Origin: an uncultured Prevotella sp.
Lineage (GTDB): Bacteria; Bacteroidota; Bacteroidia; Bacteroidales; Bacteroidaceae
Assembly (NCBI GenBank): GCA_900546345.1
Contig: URCI01000007.1
Coordinates: forward strand, 26,311-90,310
Direction of reading: 5' to 3'
DNA length: 64,000 nt
Shown here: one piece after another, positions 59,604 to 64,000 of the stretch
Position numbering within the stretch: the stretch's first letter is position 1
Layout of the letters: each line of letters starts with the position of its first letter
Made by a program: the position numbers and the translations under genes
Notes under the pieces: model-generated
What the model was told of the DNA's origin: nothing
Databases searched by the model: none
Seen by the model: only the letters and a program-made list of their open reading frames with translations

Positions 59604-61166
59604 TTAATCCTTGATGACCGGCAGCTTGATGGTGAAGGTGGTGCCCTTGCCATACTCGCTGTCTACCTTGATCTCGCCGTCATGTAGGTCAACGACCCGC
59701 TTGACGTAGGCCAGTCCGAGGCCGAATCCCTTTACGTCGTGGACGTTGCCGGTGTGCACACGATAGAACTTCTCGAAGATCTTCTTCAGGTTTTCTTTCT
59801 TCATGCCGATGCCCGTGTCCCTGACAGAGAGGAAGAGATGGTTGTCATCGTTCCACGTCTTCAGATAGATATTGATGGGCTGGTCGGGTTTGCGGTATTT
59901 TACGGCGTTGTCCATCAAGTTGAAGATCACGTTTTGGAAATGTACCTCATCGACATAGATGCCAGAGTCGATGGCCTCCACATCCACGAAGATCTTGCCT
60001 CCGGTGTGCTCTACGCGCAACGTAAACGAGTTGGCGATGGTCTCCACCATCTCGTTGAGGTCGAGATGTTTCTTCTTGAACGAAGAGCGCTTGCGGTCGA
60101 ACATCGACATTTGCAGCACTTTCTCCACGAGAAATCTCAGTCGCTTGGTCTCATCGGTGACCACGCCGATGAGATGCTTCATCATTTTCTCGCTCTTCGT
60201 CACGCTGTCGTCGTTGAGCATTTGCGCGGCGAGAGAGATGCTGGCGATTGGTGTCTTCAACTCGTGCGTCATGTTGTTGATGAAGTCGTTCTTGATCTCG
60301 CTGTAGCGTTTCTGCCGGAAGATGACCACAATCGTGAAGATGAATGTGATGAGCAGGATGATGGTGAACACCACGCTCGGTATCATGAACCGGATGCTGG
60401 AGAAGATATAGCTGTTGATGTCCGGGAAATGCACGCGCACCACGCCCATGTTCGAGGCCGGATCATTGCGGAAGAGCACTTGGCTGTAGGTGTATTCGCT
60501 GCCTTCGTCAGAGTAGTCGGGGCATCGGTAGACCTCGCGCCCGTCTTGTGTGGAGACGGTGAAGTGATAGGGGATGTTGATGCCGTTGTTCATCAGCTCG
60601 GCTTTGATGTCCTGGTCGAGAATCTTGAAGTTGACACGCTCTCGCAGCGGTTTGTCCGACGCAGAGTAGAGCATGTTCATGATCACTTCGTCGAGGAGTG
60701 CCTTCTGATAGACATATCTGTTCTTCACGATTTCCTGGAGTGATTTGCTGGCGGCTGTATTGGAGTTGCGGTCTGTGCGCAGGATCATGGCCTTGGGCAT
60801 TTGGGTGGGTTTCACCGCCATGGTTTTCAACTCAAACGAGGAATAGACGGTGCCGTCCTTTCCTGTCACAGAGTATTGGTGGGAATACTGCACGCTGCCG
60901 TCATTGGTCTTTCCCGGTCTTGTGCCGACGCTGTCCTTGCGGTAGGCGTGCCGCTCGGTATCGTTGACATCTTTTTCAAGATATCGCAACGTCTCGTTGA
61001 GCTCAAGGTTGCGCGAAGCTTGATAGAGGGCGCGGTTGACGCTTTCGTCGAACTGTTCCTTCTTCATGTTGGCCATTTCCCGGATGTAGGTGAGCTGCAG
61101 GCCAAGCAAGATGACAAAGGACACGCCCATGATGATGGCGATGGTCCAAATGGATTTCTTCTTCAT
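59604..61166 (-). CDS. rprX: sensor histidine kinase RprX
   Basis: NNMTHELKTP, DNAVKY, GFGLGL; upstream of rprY. Confidence 0.87.
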   Translation of the reverse strand: MKKKSIWTIAIIMGVSFVILLGLQLTYIREMANMKKEQFDESVNRALYQASRNLELNETLRYLEKDVNDTERHAYRKDSVGTRPGKTNDGSVQYSHQYSVTGKDGTVYSSFELKTMAVKPTQMPKAMILRTDRNSNTAASKSLQEIVKNRYVYQKALLDEVIMNMLYSASDKPLRERVNFKILDQDIKAELMNNGINIPYHFTVSTQDGREVYRCPDYSDEGSEYTYSQVLFRNDPASNMGVVRVHFPDINSYIFSSIRFMIPSVVFTIILLITFIFTIVVIFRQKRYSEIKNDFINNMTHELKTPIASISLAAQMLNDDSVTKSEKMMKHLIGVVTDETKRLRFLVEKVLQMSMFDRKRSSFKKKHLDLNEMVETIANSFTLRVEHTGGKIFVDVEAIDSGIYVDEVHFQNVIFNLMDNAVKYRKPDQPINIYLKTWNDDNHLFLSVRDTGIGMKKENLKKIFEKFYRVHTGNVHDVKGFGLGLAYVKRVVDLHDGEIKVDSEYGKGTTFTIKLPVIKD

Positions 61167-61542
61167 GCTGGCAAAGTTATGGAAAATCTTAATAGGTTAA
61201 CACTTTAATGTTAATGATTATTTGTGTGTTTAACAATATTAACCATAACGTACTATTAATATATGCAATATGTCGTCTAGACTATGATTCTTTTCTGCCA
61301 TCTTCCTATGATTTCAGCGTATAGTCACCGAGATGGGAAACAGAGAATGGCTGGCTGTGGTTTGGAGATGATTGCGGAAAAGAAGCAGCGGAAGGTGCGA
61401 ACATGGGAGCAAAAGGAAAGAATATCGTTAATAGTTATTAAACAATGGCGCAAGATGAGAGGTTATGAAGAAAAATGCGTATCTTTGCACTCGCTTTTCA
61501 AAACCAAGCACTGACGGTCACAGACCGTTGCCTTAGAAAGAA

Positions 61543-61615
61543 GGTGCCTTAGCTCAGGTGGTAGAGCAATGGACTGAAAATCCATGTGTCCTTGGTTCAA
61601 CTCCAAGAGGCACCA
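61543..61615 (+). tRNA. tRNA-Phe (GAA)
   Basis: GGTGCC/GGCACC acceptor stem, CTGAAAA anticodon loop, GGTTCAACTCC T arm; CCA not encoded. Confidence 0.97.
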
Positions 61616-61631
61616 CTCCTCCTTTCATTCT

Positions 61632-61672
61632 GCCCGGATTTCCAGCGATGGAGTTCGGGCTTTTTTTGTTTT
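61632..61672 (+). terminator. intrinsic terminator after tRNA-Phe
   Basis: GCCCGGATTTCCA / TGGAGTTCGGGC stem plus T run. Confidence 0.75.
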
Positions 61673-61742
61673 TCCCCCATAGCGGGCAAAAAACGTTTCA
61701 TCACACACTCACTTTATAAAGGAATATGGCCCGCCCGCAGTC

Positions 61743-62417
61743 TTATGCGGGATTGAGCAGTTTCTCCAGCGCAGGAATGACCAGACGGCCGCGGGTCCAG
61801 CAGATGAGCCCTTGTTGCTCCCATTGGCGCAGGATGGCGGAGATGCGCCGGCGCTCGATATGCAGTTCCTTCTCCAGTCGGCTCACCTTGATGTGCAAGA
61901 CCTTTCTGCCAGCCGGTCGGATGGAGTGAACGAGCAGGAATCGGCGCACGAAGTCCTCGTCGGCGTGAGGAGCTGCCCGCCAAAGTGCCGCCTGCCGCTT
62001 CTGCACATGTGTGGAGAGCAGGTTGAGCAGGTTGAGACGGAAGATCAGCGATTTGTCGCTCAGTTTGAGGATCTCCTGTTTGTCGATCGTGATCAGATGG
62101 CAGACCGTCTTTGCCTTCCAGCATTGCGTGAAGTGCTGTGCCAGTCCGAAGGCATACTCCGGTTGCACGAGCATGGGACCGTTGATGTCTTCCTCCATCC
62201 AGTAGCCTTTGTCGTCGGAGAGAGTGGTAGCGACGGCTGTGCCATCCGTGAGCATGGCGAGCATGCCGCTGCGCGTTTCTGTGTCTACGATTTTCTCTCC
62301 ATCGCGGAGAGTGTGGAAAGAGAACTTTGTCTTGGCTACGATTTCTTTCAGCTCCTCTGTGCCCATGCCGATGAACAGCGGGAAGCTGACGAGAGTCTTG
62401 AAGATATTGGGGTTCAT
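61743..62417 (-). CDS. Crp/Fnr family transcriptional regulator
   Basis: FPLF.G start, cNMP-binding-like domain, C-terminal HTH. Confidence 0.82.
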   Translation of the reverse strand: MNPNIFKTLVSFPLFIGMGTEELKEIVAKTKFSFHTLRDGEKIVDTETRSGMLAMLTDGTAVATTLSDDKGYWMEEDINGPMLVQPEYAFGLAQHFTQCWKAKTVCHLITIDKQEILKLSDKSLIFRLNLLNLLSTHVQKRQAALWRAAPHADEDFVRRFLLVHSIRPAGRKVLHIKVSRLEKELHIERRRISAILRQWEQQGLICWTRGRLVIPALEKLLNPA

Positions 62418-62433
62418 GGCGCAGCGTGTCGGT

Positions 62434-63447
62434 TTATTGAGCGATGGCCTGCTTCATCGATGGCGAGTACCATACCTGGTTATGGCCTTTCTCATCGGCA
62501 TAGATGAAGTAAACCATCAGTTCGGGATGCTTCTTGAGGATAGCCTGCGCTCCCTTGAGTCCGGTGACCATAAACGCGGTGGCGTAGGCGTCGGCGGTGG
62601 CGCAGTCTTTGGCCAGTACTGTCGAGGAGAGGATGCTGTGCTGCACAGGGTAACCGGTCTTGGGGTCGATGGTGTGGGCATATTTCTTACCACCTTTATA
62701 GTAGAAGTTGCGGTAGTTGCCGCTTGTAGCCATGGCCTTATCGGTGACATTGAGCACAGTCTGGAGTTCCTGGTTGGTTTGCAGGGAGTCATCGGTGGGC
62801 TTGGTGACACCGATTTTCCATGGCAGCCGTTTCTCGCTGATGCCGCTGGTGACGATCTCTCCACCGATCTCCACCATGAAGTTCTCAATGCCTTTGTTGC
62901 GCAACAGGTTGGCCACGACGTCGACGCCATATCCCTTGGCGATGCCCGAGCAGTCGAGCATCAGTCTCGGGTCTTTTTTGACGATCTTCCCGCCGGTGAG
63001 CGCCACTTTGTTATAACCGACGAACTGACGCAGCGAGTCGATGACTTGACGCGAAGGATGCACGCCAGTCTTGAAGCCGAAGCCCCAGGCATTGACGAGC
63101 GGCGCCACGGTGATGTCGAAAGCTCCGTCAGTCTCGCGCGAGATAGACTCGGCTTTTTTAAACACCTCGGTAAACATCGGGTTGAGTGTGACCGGCTTGT
63201 TGTTGTTGACCTGTGTGATGATCGACTTTTTATTGAATGGCGAGAGGGCCGTGTCGACTTGAGCCAATGCCTTGTCGATCTCGGTCTGCAAGTCTTCCGA
63301 TGATTGGTAAGTGATGTGATATTCCGTTCCGAAGACGAAGCCCGTATCGTGTTGGTAGGGCGTGTTGCGCTGTTGCAGGATGATGAGCACCGTACCCACG
63401 ATGAGGATCAGCAGGAAGATAATCTTCAGTAAGTTGTTTTTCTTCAT
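62434..63447 (-). CDS. apbE: FAD:protein FMN transferase
   Basis: FDITVAPL, GIAKGY, EIGGE, ATSGNY, HTIDP, ADAYAT. Confidence 0.93.
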   Translation of the reverse strand: MKKNNLLKIIFLLILIVGTVLIILQQRNTPYQHDTGFVFGTEYHITYQSSEDLQTEIDKALAQVDTALSPFNKKSIITQVNNNKPVTLNPMFTEVFKKAESISRETDGAFDITVAPLVNAWGFGFKTGVHPSRQVIDSLRQFVGYNKVALTGGKIVKKDPRLMLDCSGIAKGYGVDVVANLLRNKGIENFMVEIGGEIVTSGISEKRLPWKIGVTKPTDDSLQTNQELQTVLNVTDKAMATSGNYRNFYYKGGKKYAHTIDPKTGYPVQHSILSSTVLAKDCATADAYATAFMVTGLKGAQAILKKHPELMVYFIYADEKGHNQVWYSPSMKQAIAQ

Positions 63448-63460
63448 AGGATGCAAGTTA

Positions 63461-64000
63461 TCATAGTTCTACGATGATGTCAAACGTGCCTCCGATGCGT
63501 GTGCTGCCTTGCTTGCCAAAGCCTGGTACATACCACACATTGCCCAGGTCTCCATCGTCGTAGGACAGGCGGCGGTAGTAGCGCACGCTCCATCCCAGAT
63601 GCAGCGGACCATAGATCTTGGCGTCGATACCGGCGAGGAGTTCCATCCATTTATAGTTGGCCTTGACATCATGGGCGTGTACCGGATAGTTGCCGCCGTA
63701 GACCGGGTCCACGATGGCAGGGTTGTCCACATCGTATTTAAAGGAGGTGGCAGCGAGACGTCCGCCGACATAGAATCGGTAGATGTCGTGCTTGTTTTTC
63801 AGGATATTGAAGTCCATACCAATCTTGGCGTAGGGCGCCGAGGTGCGGTAGGAGATGCGGGTGGTCACTTCGTCGTGGTCGGCCTTGCCGATACCGACTT
63901 CCAGCACGGGGAAATACTTGTCCTTGAAGTTCACGCGCACGCCGGCCTCGTATTGTCCATAGTCCGAGACCGCTTTCTGCACGAGTCCGATGGCGTCGAT
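63461..64000 (-). CDS. 5'-truncated outer-membrane beta-barrel-like protein (DUF6048-like)
   Basis: Frame open to the window edge; YFPVLEVG and WYVPGFG motifs. Confidence 0.7.
   Translation of the reverse strand: MDAIGLVQKAVSDYGQYEAGVRVNFKDKYFPVLEVGIGKADHDEVTTRISYRTSAPYAKIGMDFNILKNKHDIYRFYVGGRLAATSFKYDVDNPAIVDPVYGGNYPVHAHDVKANYKWMELLAGIDAKIYGPLHLGWSVRYYRRLSYDDGDLGNVWYVPGFGKQGSTRIGGTFDIIVEL

Noticed and set aside
61543..61740. tRNA-Phe as an integration site
   Set aside because: No duplicated tRNA 3' end or integrase seen; flanking genes look like core genome.

Overview
Chromosomal 64-kb window from a Bacteroidota bacterium, most likely Prevotella-like (TAnnTTTG promoters, HTCS, T9SS cargo, rprXY, DUF4492-cydAB). 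1-14.7 kb is a pectin rhamnogalacturonan-I utilisation locus (PL11, CE12-CE12, GH105-GH106 fusion, GH28, HTCS) ending in an isolated susC fragment. 15.7-29.1 kb is a type V pilus cluster (DUF3575, DUF3868/OmpA-like, Mfa1-like, Mfa2-like, two accessory pilins) followed by a 1750-aa T9SS-type protein. The remainder is mostly core genes (MATE, xth, folE, tpiA, crcB, cydAB, fabG, fabD, rpsF-rpsR-rplI, rprXY, tRNA-Phe, apbE). The most notable oddities are: in-frame fusions that seem to keep an internal start (DoxX-like membrane protein-TpiA; GH13-AlaX-like editing domain); two unlinked six-unit arrays with a 22-bp period; a recurrent intergenic TACACCTTATTATATA motif; and several palindromic repeat families, one copy of which is apparently translated inside an HD protein. 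No CRISPR array, transposase, integrase or phage gene was recognised. All family calls come from motif recognition by eye, not database searches.
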